Below are positions 51,861 through 63,678 of a stretch of DNA of 64,000 nt, piece by piece. The position numbers and the translations under genes were made by a program. The first letter of the stretch is position 1, and the number at the start of each line of letters is the position of its first letter. The notes beneath the pieces were generated by a model. That model did not search any database. It worked only from the letters and a program-made list of their open reading frames with translations, and was not told the origin of the DNA. The DNA is from an uncultured Actinomycetota bacterium (GTDB taxonomy: Bacteria > Actinomycetota > Actinomycetes > JAFAQI01), in assembly GCA_963770565.1 (NCBI GenBank), contig CAVYQE010000001.1, positions 576,001 to 640,000 on the forward strand, written 5' to 3'.

Positions 51861-52943
51861 GTGGCACCCAACCTTCCACTGGCACACGTCTCGGACGTGC
51901 TGCTCACCTGGGCGGTGTTCTGCTACGCCTTCGCGATGCTCGGCTATGCCGCCGAGTTCGCGGCCACCCGCCGATCCGCCGCTCGCGAGCACAGTGCCGC
52001 CGAGTCGCCGCGCGGGCTGACCTCCCGCCGGTTCGGCGAAGGTGCGGTGGCGCTCACGGCAATCGGTTTCGGCTTTCACGTCGCGTCCGTGACGACCCGA
52101 GGGCTCGCCGTCCACCGGGTGCCGTGGGGGAACATGTACGAGTTCTCGTGCATGGTCACTCTGGTCGCGGTCGGGATCTTCTTGATCCTGCTCATGAGTC
52201 AACCGCTGCGACGGACCGCAGCGATCCTGACCCGACGTCCGTCGGCGCACACGATGAGCTGGCACTCGAAGGAGTCGGTGCGGTTTCTGGGCGCCTTCCT
52301 GATGGCTCCGGTGGTGCTCTACCTCGGGCTGGCCGGCACCGTGCTGTACGCCGCACCCGGACCGCTGGTGCCGGCCCTGGACTCGTACTGGATCAAGATC
52401 CACGTCGTCGCGGCGATCACCGCGACCGGCGCGTTCATGGTGTCCGGCGTCGTGACCGTGCTCTACCTTCTCAAGGAACGATGGGAGCGCGGCCAGCCGC
52501 CGTTGCGGCTCGCGGTGTTGCGCCGGATCCAGTCACCGCTGCGTCCGCACCGGGTGAGTGTTGGTCCGGGCACCGCGGCGGTCGCCGAGATGAACGCGGC
52601 ACGAAGCGGGCTGATGCAGTCGCTGCCGTCGGCCGCGGCGCTCGACCGGCTGGCCTACCGGATCATCACCTTCGCCTTCCCGGTGTGGACGTTCGCGATC
52701 ATCGCCGGCGCGATCTGGGCTGAGCAGGCGTGGAGTCGTTACTGGGGCTGGGATCCGAAGGAGACCTGGTCGTTCATCACCTGGCTCGGCTATGCCGCCT
52801 ACCTGCACGCGCGGGCCACCGCGGGATGGCGCGGCCGCCGCGCGGCCACGCTGTCGCTGATCGCGTTCGGGTGCCTGATGGTCGACTACTACGTCGTCAA
52901 CACGGTGATCACCGGCCTGCACTCGTACGCCGGCATTTCCTGA
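51861..52943 (+). CDS. ccsB: Cytochrome c biogenesis protein CcsB/ResC
   Basis: PWGNMYEF, WIKIH, WWD domain GAIWA...YWGWDPKETW, GLHSY. Confidence 0.93.
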   Translation: MAPNLPLAHVSDVLLTWAVFCYAFAMLGYAAEFAATRRSAAREHSAAESPRGLTSRRFGEGAVALTAIGFGFHVASVTTRGLAVHRVPWGNMYEFSCMVTLVAVGIFLILLMSQPLRRTAAILTRRPSAHTMSWHSKESVRFLGAFLMAPVVLYLGLAGTVLYAAPGPLVPALDSYWIKIHVVAAITATGAFMVSGVVTVLYLLKERWERGQPPLRLAVLRRIQSPLRPHRVSVGPGTAAVAEMNAARSGLMQSLPSAAALDRLAYRIITFAFPVWTFAIIAGAIWAEQAWSRYWGWDPKETWSFITWLGYAAYLHARATAGWRGRRAATLSLIAFGCLMVDYYVVNTVITGLHSYAGIS

Positions 52944-52997
52944 CCAGCGCCCGGCCCGACCCGGTCCGATCTGCGCGCTGACCGCGCGCCCGCCTCG

Positions 52998-53237
52998 CTA
53001 CGCCCGAGCGCTCGGTTGATCCTCGCTCGCCTGTCGAGGCGAAGGCGTGGCAGCCTTCGACCCGTCCTGGCGTAACAGATCTCGGATCTCGGACTCGCGA
53101 AAGCGGCGATGCCCACCTGGGGTGCGGATGCTGTTGATGCGGCCCGCAGCGGCCCAGCGCGTCACCGTCTTCGGGTCGACCCGAAACAGACTGGCTACTT
53201 CCCCAGGGGTCAGCAACCTATCCCGGGACTCAACCAC
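52998..53237 (-). CDS. bldC: BldC-family transcriptional regulator
   Basis: LLTPGEVASLFRVDPKTVTRWA...IRTPGGHRRF; GGAGG RBS. Confidence 0.92.
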   Translation of the reverse strand: MVESRDRLLTPGEVASLFRVDPKTVTRWAAAGRINSIRTPGGHRRFRESEIRDLLRQDGSKAATPSPRQASEDQPSARA

Positions 53238-53368
53238 GACGTACCCCCTCCACTGCGCGTCGGCATGACGCGCTCGGTCAGTGTGACGGTCGGACCGCGC
53301 CGTTGTCAGGCACCGGGCCGAATCGTTTCCAATCGAGGGCTCTGGGTCGCCCGTCGTACGCTGACTTT

Positions 53369-53734
53369 ATGGCAGAACGCGCTGGTGTGCATCACGGTGC
53401 CGGCCGAGCTGTGTTGACTTACAACGTTTACCGTCTTGGTCTGCTTGCGGTATGTCTCGGTATCGGTTGGCTGATCGGCCTGCCCGCCCTGGTGCTCATT
53501 GTCAGTGCACTGTTTGTTTCAGGTGTCCTCAGCTGGTTCCTGCTGCGGCGCCAGCGCGAGGCGATGGGGGTGGCGGTCGAGGCGACCGTCGCCCGCGGCC
53601 AGGCCAAGATGGCCGCGCGTACCGCCGCCGAAGATGGGTACGTCGATGCCGTGGAGGCTGCCCAGCAGGCGCAGCACGAGGTGGCGGATCCCCGCGACCA
53701 GGCTGCGGCCCGCGGTGACCAACCCGCATCGTGA
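53369..53734 (+). CDS. DUF4229-like membrane protein
   Basis: Two TM helices, Y..YRL, SWFLLRRQR; start uncertain. Confidence 0.75.
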   Translation: MAERAGVHHGAGRAVLTYNVYRLGLLAVCLGIGWLIGLPALVLIVSALFVSGVLSWFLLRRQREAMGVAVEATVARGQAKMAARTAAEDGYVDAVEAAQQAQHEVADPRDQAAARGDQPAS

Positions 53735-54129
53735 GATCGAGGGCGTACCGGGATCGCGTGCTCGTGGTCGACGACGCCGTCAACCTGCGCGAGCTGCTGA
53801 CCCTCCTGCTCGAGTCGGAGGACGACTTCGAGGTCATTGGCACCGCTTCGGACGGCAAGCAGGCGCTCGCCGCCGCGGAATCGTTGCAGCCCGACATCGT
53901 CTTGCTCGACCTGGCGATGCCGGTCATGGACGGCATGCAGGCACTGCCCGGGCTGCGGCGCTGCCTTCCGAGCGCGCTGATCGTGATCTTCTCCGGCTTC
54001 GAACAGGCTGCCCTCCTCGACGAAGCGATGGCGGCCGGCGCGAACGCCTACCTGGAGAAGGGCGCGAGCGTGACGCAGATGGTCGACCTGCTCAGGCAGC
54101 TGCGCGGCCGGCCGGTGCCCACCGAGTGA
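53731..54129 (+). CDS. Single-domain response regulator (receiver only)
   Basis: VVDD, LLDLAMPVMDG, FS, YLEK; no output domain. Confidence 0.9.
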   Translation: MRSRAYRDRVLVVDDAVNLRELLTLLLESEDDFEVIGTASDGKQALAAAESLQPDIVLLDLAMPVMDGMQALPGLRRCLPSALIVIFSGFEQAALLDEAMAAGANAYLEKGASVTQMVDLLRQLRGRPVPTE

Positions 54130-54176
54130 GCGGCCCCGAGGCATCCACCGGTCAGGTGCGCGGCAAGGATGGCGCC

Positions 54177-54878
54177 ATGGCCCGTGCTCACCTCGACCGG
54201 CAGCCGCAGGAAGTCGCGCGGATGTTCGACGCGGTGGCCGATCGCTACGACCGGATGAATGCGGTCATGACCTTCGGCCAGGAACGTCGCTGGCGCGGGG
54301 TGGTCGGGCGAACCCTCGACGTGCAGCCCGGCGACCGGGTGCTGGATCTCGCGGCCGGCACCGGCGCGAGCTCGGTGCCGATCGAGGCGCTCGGTGCCCG
54401 CACGGTCGCCTGCGACTTCTCCCTGGGCATGCTCGAGGTCGGTCGCCGCGAGCACCCTCAGCTGGAGTTCGTGGCCGGAGACGCGCTCGCGCTGCCGTTC
54501 CGGGACGGTGCCTTCGACGCTGTCACGATCTCCTTCGGGCTGCGCAATGTCGCCGACGTGGACGCCGCCTTGCGCGAGCTGGCCCGGGTTACCCGGCCGG
54601 GCGGGCGGCTGGTCGTCCTGGAGACCAGCGCCCCGCTGCGCCAGCCGCTTCGGGCCGGGCACGAGGTCTACGTCAACCACCTGCTGCCCCGGCTGGCCCG
54701 CCTGGTGGCGAGCAACGGCGAGGCGTACGAATACCTGGCCGAATCGGTCGGCGAATGGCCGTCGCCTTCGGTGCTGTCGCAACGCCTCACCGCCGCCGGA
54801 TGGTCCTCGGTGGGTTGGCGGCAGCTGCTGCTGGGTGCGGTCGCCCTGCATCGCGCGACCCGGGGAAGCGGACACTAG
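54177..54878 (+). CDS. menG: Demethylmenaquinone methyltransferase
   Basis: MFDAVADRYDRMN, LDLAAGTG, ISFGLRNV, YEYLAES. Confidence 0.93.
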   Translation: MARAHLDRQPQEVARMFDAVADRYDRMNAVMTFGQERRWRGVVGRTLDVQPGDRVLDLAAGTGASSVPIEALGARTVACDFSLGMLEVGRREHPQLEFVAGDALALPFRDGAFDAVTISFGLRNVADVDAALRELARVTRPGGRLVVLETSAPLRQPLRAGHEVYVNHLLPRLARLVASNGEAYEYLAESVGEWPSPSVLSQRLTAAGWSSVGWRQLLLGAVALHRATRGSGH

Positions 54879-54896
54879 AATCAGGGCCGAGCCCGC

Positions 54897-54914
54897 ATGT
54901 GAACGCTTTCACGA
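54897..54914. promoter_or_regulatory. Rex operator upstream of menJ-nuo
   Basis: ATGTGAACGCTTTCACGA, close to TTGTGAANNNNTTCACAA. Confidence 0.75.
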
Positions 54915-54924
54915 GCAGGAGACG

Positions 54925-56193
54925 ATGAGTACGACCGCCCCCGAGTATGACGCTGACGTGGTCGTCGTCGGTGCCGGTCCGGGCGGCTCGACCGCGGCGT
55001 ACTGGCTGGCGCAGGCCGGGCTCGAGGTCATTGTCGCGGAGAAGTCGCAGTTCCCGCGCGAGAAGGTCTGCGGGGACGGGCTCACCCCCCGCGCGGTCAA
55101 GCAGCTGATCGCGATGGGGATCGAGACCAACCCGGCGAACGGCTGGATCGCCAACCACGGGCTGCGGATCCTCGGCGGTGGCATGCGGGTCGAGATCCCC
55201 TGGCCGGACCTGGCCAGCTACCCGTCCTACGGGCTGGTCCGGCCGAGGCAGGACTTCGACGAGGTGCTGGCGCACGCTGCGCAGAAGGCGGGCGCGCAGC
55301 TGCACGAGCTCACCACGGTGGTCGCTCCGATTCGCGAGGAGCGCACCGGACGGGTCACCGGGGTCACGGCCAAGGACGGCCGGACCTTCCGCGCTCCGCT
55401 GACCCTCGTGGCGGACGGCAACAGCTCACGGTTCTCCCTGTCCCTCGATCGGCAGCGGCGCGAGGACCGGCCGATGGGCGTGGCCTACCGCCGCTACTTC
55501 CGCAGCCCGCGCCACGACGACGACTGGCTCGAGTCGTGGCTCGAGCTGTGGGACGGCGCGACCGGTCAGAGCCGGCTGCTGCCGGGCTACGGCTGGATCT
55601 TCGGCGTCGGCGACGGCACCAGCAACGTGGGGCTCGGCATCCTGAACACCTCCGACGCCTTCGGCAAGACCGACTACCGCGCCATGCTGGACAGCTGGCT
55701 CGCCTCGCTGCCCGAGGAGTGGGGCTTCGTCGAGGACAACGCCACCGGGCCGGTGCGCGGCGCCGCGCTGCCGATGGCCTTCAACCGCAAGCCGCACTAC
55801 GCCGACGGCGCGCTGCTGGTGGGTGATGCCGGCGGCATGGTCAACCCGATGAACGGCGAGGGCATCGCCTACGCGATGGAGTCCGGTCGGCTTGCGGCCG
55901 AGATCGTGGCCCAGGCGCTGGCCGAGCCGGCCGGGGCGCGCCGCGAGCGGGTGCTGGCGGGCTACCCGAAGGCGCTCGAGGACACCTACGGCGGCTACTA
56001 CACGATCGGCCGGATATTCGTGAAGGCGATCGGGCATCCCTCGGTGATGAAGCTGTGCACCCGGCACGGCCTGCCGCACCCCACGCTCATGCGGTTCTGC
56101 CTGAAGCTGCTCGCCAACCTGGCCGAACCCCAGGGCGGCGATGCGATGGACCGGATCATCTCGGGTCTGAACCGGCTGACCCCAGCCGCGTGA
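54925..56193 (+). CDS. menJ: Geranylgeranyl reductase family (menaquinone reductase MenJ-like)
   Basis: GAGPGG, PREKVCGDG, GYGWIF, GDAGG..NP..GEGI; lies between menG and nuoA. Confidence 0.85.
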   Translation: MSTTAPEYDADVVVVGAGPGGSTAAYWLAQAGLEVIVAEKSQFPREKVCGDGLTPRAVKQLIAMGIETNPANGWIANHGLRILGGGMRVEIPWPDLASYPSYGLVRPRQDFDEVLAHAAQKAGAQLHELTTVVAPIREERTGRVTGVTAKDGRTFRAPLTLVADGNSSRFSLSLDRQRREDRPMGVAYRRYFRSPRHDDDWLESWLELWDGATGQSRLLPGYGWIFGVGDGTSNVGLGILNTSDAFGKTDYRAMLDSWLASLPEEWGFVEDNATGPVRGAALPMAFNRKPHYADGALLVGDAGGMVNPMNGEGIAYAMESGRLAAEIVAQALAEPAGARRERVLAGYPKALEDTYGGYYTIGRIFVKAIGHPSVMKLCTRHGLPHPTLMRFCLKLLANLAEPQGGDAMDRIISGLNRLTPAA

Positions 56194-56264
56194 TCTGCGG
56201 GTGAGGGCGCCACCTAGACTTTCGACGGTTTGACACCCAGGACATCAGCGAAGGAGAGGACACC

Positions 56265-56615
56265 ATGATCCCGATCCTGATTCTGGCGATCCTCGGTGGC
56301 GGATTCGCGGTGTTCTCGGTAATTGCCGGCTCGGTGTCGGGTCCCAAGCGGTTCAACCGGGCCAAGCTCGAGTCGTACGAATGTGGCATCGAACCGACCG
56401 CCCAGGCCTTCCGCGGCCACCGGCTGCCGGTGAAGTACTACACGACCGCAATGCTGTTCATCGTCTTCGACATCGAGATCGTGTTCATCTATCCCTGGGC
56501 GGTCCACTTCAACAGCCTCGGGGTGTTCGGCCTGGTCGAGATGACGCTGTTCATCGGTGCGGTGTTCGTCGTGTACTTCTACGTCTGGCGCCGCGGTGGT
56601 CTTGAGTGGGACTGA
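56265..56615 (+). CDS. nuoA: NADH-quinone oxidoreductase subunit A
   Basis: YECGIE, FIVFDIE, GGLEWD. Confidence 0.96.
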   Translation: MIPILILAILGGGFAVFSVIAGSVSGPKRFNRAKLESYECGIEPTAQAFRGHRLPVKYYTTAMLFIVFDIEIVFIYPWAVHFNSLGVFGLVEMTLFIGAVFVVYFYVWRRGGLEWD

Positions 56616-56621
56616 CCTGAG

Positions 56622-57227
56622 ATGGGCATCGAGGAAAAGATTCCCGACGGGATCCTGCTGACCACCGTCGCCAAGGTCCTGAACATCGCCCGGAAGAACT
56701 CCGTCTGGCCGGCGCAGTTCGGCCTGGCCTGCTGCGCGATCGAGATGATGGCGGTCGGCGGTCCTCGGTTCGACATCGCGCGGTTCGGGATGGAGCGCTT
56801 CAGCGCCTCGCCCCGCCAGGCCGACCTGATGATCGTGGCCGGCCGGGTCTCGCAGAAGATGGCGCCGGTGCTTCGACAGATCTACGACCAGATGCCCGAG
56901 CCCAAGTGGGTGCTGGCGATGGGGGTCTGCGCGAGCAGCGGCGGGATGTTCAACAACTACGCGATCGTGCAGGGCGTCGACCACATCGTGCCGGTCGACA
57001 TGTACCTGCCCGGTTGCCCACCGCGCCCGGAGATGCTGCTCGACGCGATCCTCAAGCTGCACGACAAGATCCGGACCGGCCCGATCAGCGGCAAGCCCGA
57101 GCACACCACCATCGGCAACTCGCCGTACGTCAAGCCGATCGAGCGTGACACCCGGGCGTCGAAGGGGCTGGCGGTCGACGCCGAGATCCCCGCGTTCACC
57201 TCGCCGCTCCCCGGAGCCGGCTCGTGA
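56622..57227 (+). CDS. nuoB: NADH-quinone oxidoreductase subunit B
   Basis: [24 protein letters not shown]. Confidence 0.97.
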   Translation: MGIEEKIPDGILLTTVAKVLNIARKNSVWPAQFGLACCAIEMMAVGGPRFDIARFGMERFSASPRQADLMIVAGRVSQKMAPVLRQIYDQMPEPKWVLAMGVCASSGGMFNNYAIVQGVDHIVPVDMYLPGCPPRPEMLLDAILKLHDKIRTGPISGKPEHTTIGNSPYVKPIERDTRASKGLAVDAEIPAFTSPLPGAGS

Positions 57228-57919
57228 CCGAGCCGACGGACCCGGCCGGCGAGCAGGACCTCGAGCCGACCGGCACCGGTGGGCGCCGCCACGACATCTT
57301 CGGCGCGTCGGGCTTCGGCGACACCTCCGGCTTCGGGGGTCTGGTGGCCCGCCCGCCGCAGCTGGTCTCGACCCCACGCCCGTACGGCGAGTGGTTCGAC
57401 GAGGCCACCGATGCGCTCCAGGCGGCCTATCCCGCCTTCGGCGACGCGATCGAGCGGGTCGTGGTGCACCGCGGCGAGCTCACGCTGCACATCAAGCGGG
57501 ACGCGCTGGTCGAGATCGCCCGGACCCTGCGCGACGATCCCGGGCTGCGGTTCGAGATGTGCGCGAGCATCTCGGGGGTCGACTACCTCGCCGACCCGAC
57601 CGGCCGGCGGCTCCACGCGGTCTACCACCTGCTGTCAATGACCTATCGGCGCCGGCTGCGGCTCGAGGTCTCGGTCACCGCCGAGGACCCGCACGTCCCG
57701 AGCCTGACCGAGGTCTACCCCACCGCGAACTGGCACGAGCGCGAGACCTGGGACTTCTTCGGCATCGTCTTCGACGGCCACCCGGGGCTGACCAGGATCG
57801 AGATGCCAGACGACTGGCCGGGGCACCCGCAACGCAAGGACTACCCGCTCGGCGGCATCCCGGTCGAATACAAGGGCGCCACCGTGCCACCTCCGGACGA
57901 ACGGAGGTCCTACGCGTGA
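57224..57919 (+). CDS. nuoC: NADH-quinone oxidoreductase subunit C
   Basis: [17 protein letters not shown]. Confidence 0.96.
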   Translation: MTEPTDPAGEQDLEPTGTGGRRHDIFGASGFGDTSGFGGLVARPPQLVSTPRPYGEWFDEATDALQAAYPAFGDAIERVVVHRGELTLHIKRDALVEIARTLRDDPGLRFEMCASISGVDYLADPTGRRLHAVYHLLSMTYRRRLRLEVSVTAEDPHVPSLTEVYPTANWHERETWDFFGIVFDGHPGLTRIEMPDDWPGHPQRKDYPLGGIPVEYKGATVPPPDERRSYA

Positions 57920-59280
57920 CCAACACGACCGACGAGAGCTCCGCGACGACCTACAACGACAACGACCCGTACGCCGGCGCCGAGCCCGAGGGCGAGGGCC
58001 GGGTGTTCACGGTCGGCGGTGGCGACTGGGAGGACGTGGTCGCCTCGATCGACCCGACCGAGAGCGAACGGATCGTCGTCAACATGGGCCCGCAGCACCC
58101 GTCGACGCACGGCGTCCTCCGGTTGGTGCTCGAGCTCGAAGGCGAGACGGTGATGGAGGCCCGGCCGGTCATCGGCTATCTGCACACCGGCATCGAGAAG
58201 AACATGGAGTTCCGGAACTGGACCCAGGCGGTCACGTTCATCACCCGCTGCGACTACCTCGCGCCGATGTTCAACGAGGCGACCTACTGCCTCGGGGTCG
58301 AGCGCCTGCTGGACATCGAGGACCAGATCCCGCAGCGGGTCCTGGTCCTGCGGGTGCTCGTCCTGGAGCTGCAGCGGATCTCCTCACACCTGGTCTGGCT
58401 CGGCACCGGCGGCCTCGAGCTCGGCGCGCTCACCGCGATGCTGCTCGCGTTCCGCGAGCGCGAGGAGATCAGCCGGATCTTCGAGATGATCACCGGCCTT
58501 CGGATGAACCACGCCTACATCCGGCCAGGCGGCGTGGCCCAGGACATCCCGCCGGGAGCGGTCGACGCGATCCGGCAGTTCGTTCCGGTCATGCGCAGCC
58601 GGATCGACGAGTACGAAGACCTGCTCTCGGCGAACCCGATCTGGATCGCCCGGACGCAAGGGGTCGGCTACCTCGACACCGAGGCCTGCATGCAGCTCGG
58701 CGTTACCGGGCCGCTGCTGCGCGCGTCCGGACTCGCCTGGGACCTGCGCCGCGAGATGCCGTGCCTCGGTTACGACACGTACGAGTTCGACGTCGTGACC
58801 GAAACCGCCGGCGACTGCTACGCGCGATACAAGGTGCGGCTCGACGAGATGCGGCAGTCGCTGCGGATCATCGAGCAGGCGCTCGACCGGTTGCGGCCGG
58901 GCCCGACGATGGTGGCGGACAAGAAGATCGCCTGGCCGGCGCAGCTCGCGCTCGGCGCCGACGGCCTCGGCAACTCCCTCGACCACATCCGCACCATCAT
59001 GGGCACCTCGATGGAGGCGCTGATCCATCACTTCAAGCTGGTGACCGAGGGGTTCCGGGTGCCGGCCGGGCAGGCCTACGTACCGGTCGAGTCGCCGCGC
59101 GGCGAGCTCGGTGCCCACGTCGTGTCCGACGGCGGCACCCGGCCGTACCGCGTCCACCTGCGCGACCCGAGCTTCGTCAATCTGCAGGCGGTGCCGGCGA
59201 TCACCGAGGGCGGGATGGTGTCCGACGTGGTCGCCAGCGTGGCCAGCATCGATCCGGTCATGGGCGGAGTTGACCGCTGA
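57916..59280 (+). CDS. nuoD: NADH-quinone oxidoreductase subunit D (operon copy)
   Basis: [38 protein letters not shown]. Confidence 0.97.
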   Translation: MTNTTDESSATTYNDNDPYAGAEPEGEGRVFTVGGGDWEDVVASIDPTESERIVVNMGPQHPSTHGVLRLVLELEGETVMEARPVIGYLHTGIEKNMEFRNWTQAVTFITRCDYLAPMFNEATYCLGVERLLDIEDQIPQRVLVLRVLVLELQRISSHLVWLGTGGLELGALTAMLLAFREREEISRIFEMITGLRMNHAYIRPGGVAQDIPPGAVDAIRQFVPVMRSRIDEYEDLLSANPIWIARTQGVGYLDTEACMQLGVTGPLLRASGLAWDLRREMPCLGYDTYEFDVVTETAGDCYARYKVRLDEMRQSLRIIEQALDRLRPGPTMVADKKIAWPAQLALGADGLGNSLDHIRTIMGTSMEALIHHFKLVTEGFRVPAGQAYVPVESPRGELGAHVVSDGGTRPYRVHLRDPSFVNLQAVPAITEGGMVSDVVASVASIDPVMGGVDR

Positions 59281-59963
59281 TGTCGTTCCGCGAGACCGAT
59301 CGGCCCGGCTCGGCGCCCGCCTCGACCGGGCTGTCCGAAGAGACCCGTCGGCGCGCGCCGGAGATCGTCGCCCGCTACCCCAAGCCGCGCTCTGCCTTGC
59401 TGCCGTTGCTGCACCTCGTGCAGAGTGACCAGGGGTATGTCAGCCCGGAGGGCATCGCGCTGTGCGCGGAGGTGCTCGGGCTGACCAAGGCCGAGGTCAG
59501 CGCGGTGTCGACGTTCTACACGATGTACAAGCGCAAGCCGGTCGGTGACTACCACGTCGGGGTCTGCACCAACACGCTGTGCGCGGTCATGGGCGGCGAT
59601 GCGATCTACGCCGCGTTGAAGGAGCACACCGGCATCACGACCCAGAACGGAGTCACTGACGACGGCAAGGTCTCGCTCGAGCACATCGAGTGCAACGCCG
59701 CCTGCGACTACGCCCCGGTCGTGATGGTCAACTGGGAGTTCTTCGACAACCAGACGCCGGCGTCGGCGCGCGAGCTGGTCGACTCGCTCCGTGCGGGTGA
59801 GCCGGTCACGCCGACCCGCGGCGCGTCGTCCGTGTGCACCTGGCGCGAGGCCGAGCGGGTGTTGGCCGGCTTCTACGACGGGCGCGCCGACGAGGGTGTC
59901 GCCGCCGGCCCGGCCAGCCTCGAGGGCCTCAACCTCGCCAAGGCCAACGAGGAGACAGCGTGA
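59280..59963 (+). CDS. nuoE: NADH-quinone oxidoreductase subunit E
   Basis: TFYTMY, CTNTLC, ECNAAC. Confidence 0.96.
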   Translation: MSFRETDRPGSAPASTGLSEETRRRAPEIVARYPKPRSALLPLLHLVQSDQGYVSPEGIALCAEVLGLTKAEVSAVSTFYTMYKRKPVGDYHVGVCTNTLCAVMGGDAIYAALKEHTGITTQNGVTDDGKVSLEHIECNAACDYAPVVMVNWEFFDNQTPASARELVDSLRAGEPVTPTRGASSVCTWREAERVLAGFYDGRADEGVAAGPASLEGLNLAKANEETA

Positions 59964-61261
59964 AGCTGACTCCGGTGCTCAGCGCCAACTGGGGCGACGA
60001 GCGGCCGTGGACTCTCGAGGGCTACGGCGGCGACTACCTGGCTGCCCGCAAGGCGGTCACGACCATGGATCCCGACGCGGTGATCACCATGGTCAAGGAC
60101 TCGGGGCTGCGCGGTCGCGGCGGCGCGGGCTTCCCGACCGGCGGCAAGTGGGGCTTCATCCCGCAGGGCGACGGCAAGCCGCACTACCTCGTCGTCAACG
60201 CGGACGAGTCCGAGCCGGGCACCTGCAAGGACATCCCGCTGATGCTCGCCAACCCGCACTCGCTGGTCGAAGGCATCGTGATCACCTGCTTCGCGATCCG
60301 GTCGAACCTGGCCTTCATCTACGTGCGTGGCGAGGTCCTGCACGTCGTACGACGGGTGCAGGCGGCGGTTGCGGAGGCATACACCGCGGGGCTGCTCGGG
60401 AAGGACATCTTCGGCACCGGATTCGACCTCGACGTGGTCGTCCATGCCGGCGCGGGCGCCTACATCTGCGGCGAGGAGACCGCGCTGCTCGACTCGCTCG
60501 AGGGCTATCGCGGCCAGCCCCGGCTGCGGCCGCCGTTCCCGGCGATCGCCGGTCTCTACGCGAGCCCGACCGTGGTCAACAACGTCGAGTCGATCGCCAG
60601 CGTGCCGCCGATCATCGACCGCGGCGTCGAGTGGTTCCGCACCTTCGGCCGGGAGAAGTCACCCGGTTTCACGTTGTATTCGCTGTCCGGCCATGTCACC
60701 CGACCCGGCCAGTACGAAGCGCCGCTCGGCGTCACGCTGCGCGAGCTGCTCGAGCTGGCCGGTGGCGTCCGCGAGGGGCACGAGCTGAAGTTCTGGACGC
60801 CGGGTGGGTCGTCGACCCCGCTGCTCACCGCGGAGCACCTCGACTCACCGCTCGACTACGAGGGCATGACCGAGGCCGGCTCGATGCTCGGCACCAAGGC
60901 GTTGCAGATCTTCGACGACACCACCTGCGTCGTTCGCGCGGTGCTGCGCTGGACCGAGTTCTACGCGCACGAGTCGTGCGGCAAGTGCACGCCGTGTCGT
61001 GAGGGCACCTTCTGGATGGTCCAGATCCTCGAGCGGCTCGAGGCCGGCGATGCCGATGCCAGTGACGTCGACACGCTGCTCGATGCCTGCGACAACATCT
61101 TCGGCCGGGCGTTCTGCGCACTCGCCGACGGCGCGGTCAGCCCGATCGTCTCCTCCGTGCAGTACTTCCGCGACGAGTACGTCGCGCACTGGGAGCAGGA
61201 CGGCTGCCCGTTCGACCCCGACGCCTCGACGCTGTTCGCCTCCGCGGGAGCGAAGAGATGA
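59960..61261 (+). CDS. nuoF: NADH-quinone oxidoreductase subunit F
   Basis: [30 protein letters not shown]. Confidence 0.97.
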   Translation: MKLTPVLSANWGDERPWTLEGYGGDYLAARKAVTTMDPDAVITMVKDSGLRGRGGAGFPTGGKWGFIPQGDGKPHYLVVNADESEPGTCKDIPLMLANPHSLVEGIVITCFAIRSNLAFIYVRGEVLHVVRRVQAAVAEAYTAGLLGKDIFGTGFDLDVVVHAGAGAYICGEETALLDSLEGYRGQPRLRPPFPAIAGLYASPTVVNNVESIASVPPIIDRGVEWFRTFGREKSPGFTLYSLSGHVTRPGQYEAPLGVTLRELLELAGGVREGHELKFWTPGGSSTPLLTAEHLDSPLDYEGMTEAGSMLGTKALQIFDDTTCVVRAVLRWTEFYAHESCGKCTPCREGTFWMVQILERLEAGDADASDVDTLLDACDNIFGRAFCALADGAVSPIVSSVQYFRDEYVAHWEQDGCPFDPDASTLFASAGAKR

Positions 61262-63678
61262 CCGCCGAAATGGTCGACCCGACGGTTGCGCCGGTCGAGC
61301 TGATCAACGCGACGATCGACGGCATCCCGATCCGGGTCCCGAAGGACACCTTGATCATCCGGGCCGCCGAGCTGGTCGGGATCGACGTGCCGCGATTCTG
61401 CGACCACCCGCTGCTCGACCCGATCGGCGCCTGCCGGCAGTGCATCGTCGAGGTCGAGGGCCAGCGCAAGCCGGTCGCCTCGTGCACCGTGACGGTCACC
61501 GAAGGCATGGCGATCAAGACCCAGCTGACCTCGCCGGTCGCGTCGAAAGCGCAAGAGGGCAACCTCGAGTTCCTGCTGCTCAACCACCCGCTGGACTGTC
61601 CGGTCTGCGACAAGGGCGGCGAGTGCCCGCTGCAGAACCAGACCTTGTCGAACGGCGCCGCCGAGAGCCGGTTCAAGGACGTCAAGCGGACGTTTGAGAA
61701 GCCGATCGAGATCTCCTCGCAGGTCTTGCTCGACCGCGAGCGGTGCGTGCTCTGCGCCCGCTGCACCCGGTTCTCGCAGCAGATCGCCGGTGACCCGTTC
61801 ATCGAGCTGTTCGAACGCGGCGCACTCGAGCAGGTGGCGATCTTCGAAGGCGAGCCGTTCTCGTCGTACTTCTCGGGCAACACCGTGCAGATCTGCCCGG
61901 TCGGCGCACTGACCGGCACGCAGTACCGCTTCCAGGCCCGCCCGTTCGACCTGGTCTCGACTCCGTCGGTGTGCGAGCACTGCGCGTCCGGCTGCCAGCA
62001 GCGCACGGACTGGCGGCGCGGCAAGGTGCTCCGGCGGCTCGCCGGCGAGGACCCGGCGGTCAACGAGGAGTGGAACTGCGACAAGGGCAGATGGGCGTTC
62101 TCGTACGCGACCAGCGGCGACCGGCTCACGACCCCGTTGGTCCGCGACAACGACGGCTATCTGGTCGAGGCGTCCTGGAGTGAGGCGCTCGCGCGGGCCG
62201 CGGCCGGCTTGTCGCAGTGGCGCGGGAAGACCGGCGTCCTGACCGGCGGCCGGCTCACCCTCGAGGACGCCTACTCGTACTCGAAGTTCGCGCGGGTCGT
62301 GCTCGAGACCAACGACATCGACTTCCGCGCGCGGCCGCACTCGGCCGAGGAGCAGGAGTTCCTCGCCGCCGCAATCGCCGGCCGCTACCTCGACACGACG
62401 TACGCCGACCTCGACGCGGCACCCGCCGTCGTCCTGGCCGGCATCGAGGTCGAGGAGGAGTCGCCGATCGTATTCCTCCGGCTGCGAAAGGCGGTCGGCA
62501 AGAACGGGACGTCGGTCTTCGCGGTCGCGCCGTTCGCGACCGGCGCCCTGACCAAGCTCGACGGCACGTTGCTCTCCGCCCAGCCGGGTGGCGAGGCCGA
62601 TGTGCTCGCCGCGCTCGGCCGCGGAGCGGGTTCGGGCGCGACCGGCGCTGCGGCGGCCGCGCTGCGCAAGCCCGGAGCGGTGCTGGTCCTCGGCGAGCGG
62701 CTGGCGACCTCTGCGGGCGCGCTCAGCGCGGCCGTGGCACTGGCCGGCGAGACCGGCGCGCGACTGGCGTGGATCCCCCGTCGGGCCGGCGACCGTGGCG
62801 CGCTGGAGGCCGGATGCCTGCCGAACCTGCTGCCCGGCGGCCGGCCGGTGAGTGATCAGGCCGCGCGCGACCAGGTCGCCGCGATCTGGTCGGCGACCGT
62901 CCCGAGCGGGCCCGGGCGCGACGGCGATGCCATCGTCAAGGCGGCCGCCACCGGCGAGCTCGCACTGGTGGTCGCCGGCGTCGACCCGGGTGATGTCGCC
63001 GATCCAGCGCTGGCCCTGCGGGCGCTCGAGTCGGCGCCGTTCGTGGTGAGCTTCGAGATCCGTGAGTCGGCCGTGACCGATCGCGCGGACGTGGTCTTCC
63101 CGGTCGCGCCGGTGGTCGAGAAGTCGGGCAGCTACCTCGACTGGGAGGCCAGGGTCCGGCCGTTCGACGCGACGCTTGAGGCCAGCGGCGCGCTCGGAGA
63201 CGGCCGGGTGCTGGACCGACTCGCCACCGAGATGGGCGTTGACCTCGGCGCTGCCGAGCCGCGCAATGTGCGCGCGGAGATCGCCCGGCTGGGGGCCTGG
63301 AACGGGGCCCGGCCGGCCGCACCGTCGTACTCGTCCGGGCCGCTTGCGAGCCCGGGAGCCGGCGAGGCCCGGCTGGCGACCTGGCACCTCCTGCTCGACG
63401 AGGGCCGGCTCCAGGAGCACGAGCCGCACCTGGCCGGCACCCGCAAGCCCTCGGTTGCGCGGCTCAGCGCGGCGACCGCGGCGTCGGTGGGCGTTGCCGC
63501 GGGTGCCGACGTGACGGTCAGCACCGACCGCGGCCAGATCGTGCTTCCGGTCGAGATCACCGACCTGCCCGACCAGGTGGTCTGGCTGCCCACCTGCTCG
63601 CCCGGCTCGCACGTGTACTCCGCCCTCGGCTCCGGGTCCGGGGCGATCGTCCGGCTGGCCGCGGCGGGTGGATCGTGA
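61258..63678 (+). CDS. nuoG: NADH-quinone oxidoreductase subunit G
   Basis: [33 protein letters not shown]. Confidence 0.97.
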   Translation: MTAEMVDPTVAPVELINATIDGIPIRVPKDTLIIRAAELVGIDVPRFCDHPLLDPIGACRQCIVEVEGQRKPVASCTVTVTEGMAIKTQLTSPVASKAQEGNLEFLLLNHPLDCPVCDKGGECPLQNQTLSNGAAESRFKDVKRTFEKPIEISSQVLLDRERCVLCARCTRFSQQIAGDPFIELFERGALEQVAIFEGEPFSSYFSGNTVQICPVGALTGTQYRFQARPFDLVSTPSVCEHCASGCQQRTDWRRGKVLRRLAGEDPAVNEEWNCDKGRWAFSYATSGDRLTTPLVRDNDGYLVEASWSEALARAAAGLSQWRGKTGVLTGGRLTLEDAYSYSKFARVVLETNDIDFRARPHSAEEQEFLAAAIAGRYLDTTYADLDAAPAVVLAGIEVEEESPIVFLRLRKAVGKNGTSVFAVAPFATGALTKLDGTLLSAQPGGEADVLAALGRGAGSGATGAAAAALRKPGAVLVLGERLATSAGALSAAVALAGETGARLAWIPRRAGDRGALEAGCLPNLLPGGRPVSDQAARDQVAAIWSATVPSGPGRDGDAIVKAAATGELALVVAGVDPGDVADPALALRALESAPFVVSFEIRESAVTDRADVVFPVAPVVEKSGSYLDWEARVRPFDATLEASGALGDGRVLDRLATEMGVDLGAAEPRNVRAEIARLGAWNGARPAAPSYSSGPLASPGAGEARLATWHLLLDEGRLQEHEPHLAGTRKPSVARLSAATAASVGVAAGADVTVSTDRGQIVLPVEITDLPDQVVWLPTCSPGSHVYSALGSGSGAIVRLAAAGGS

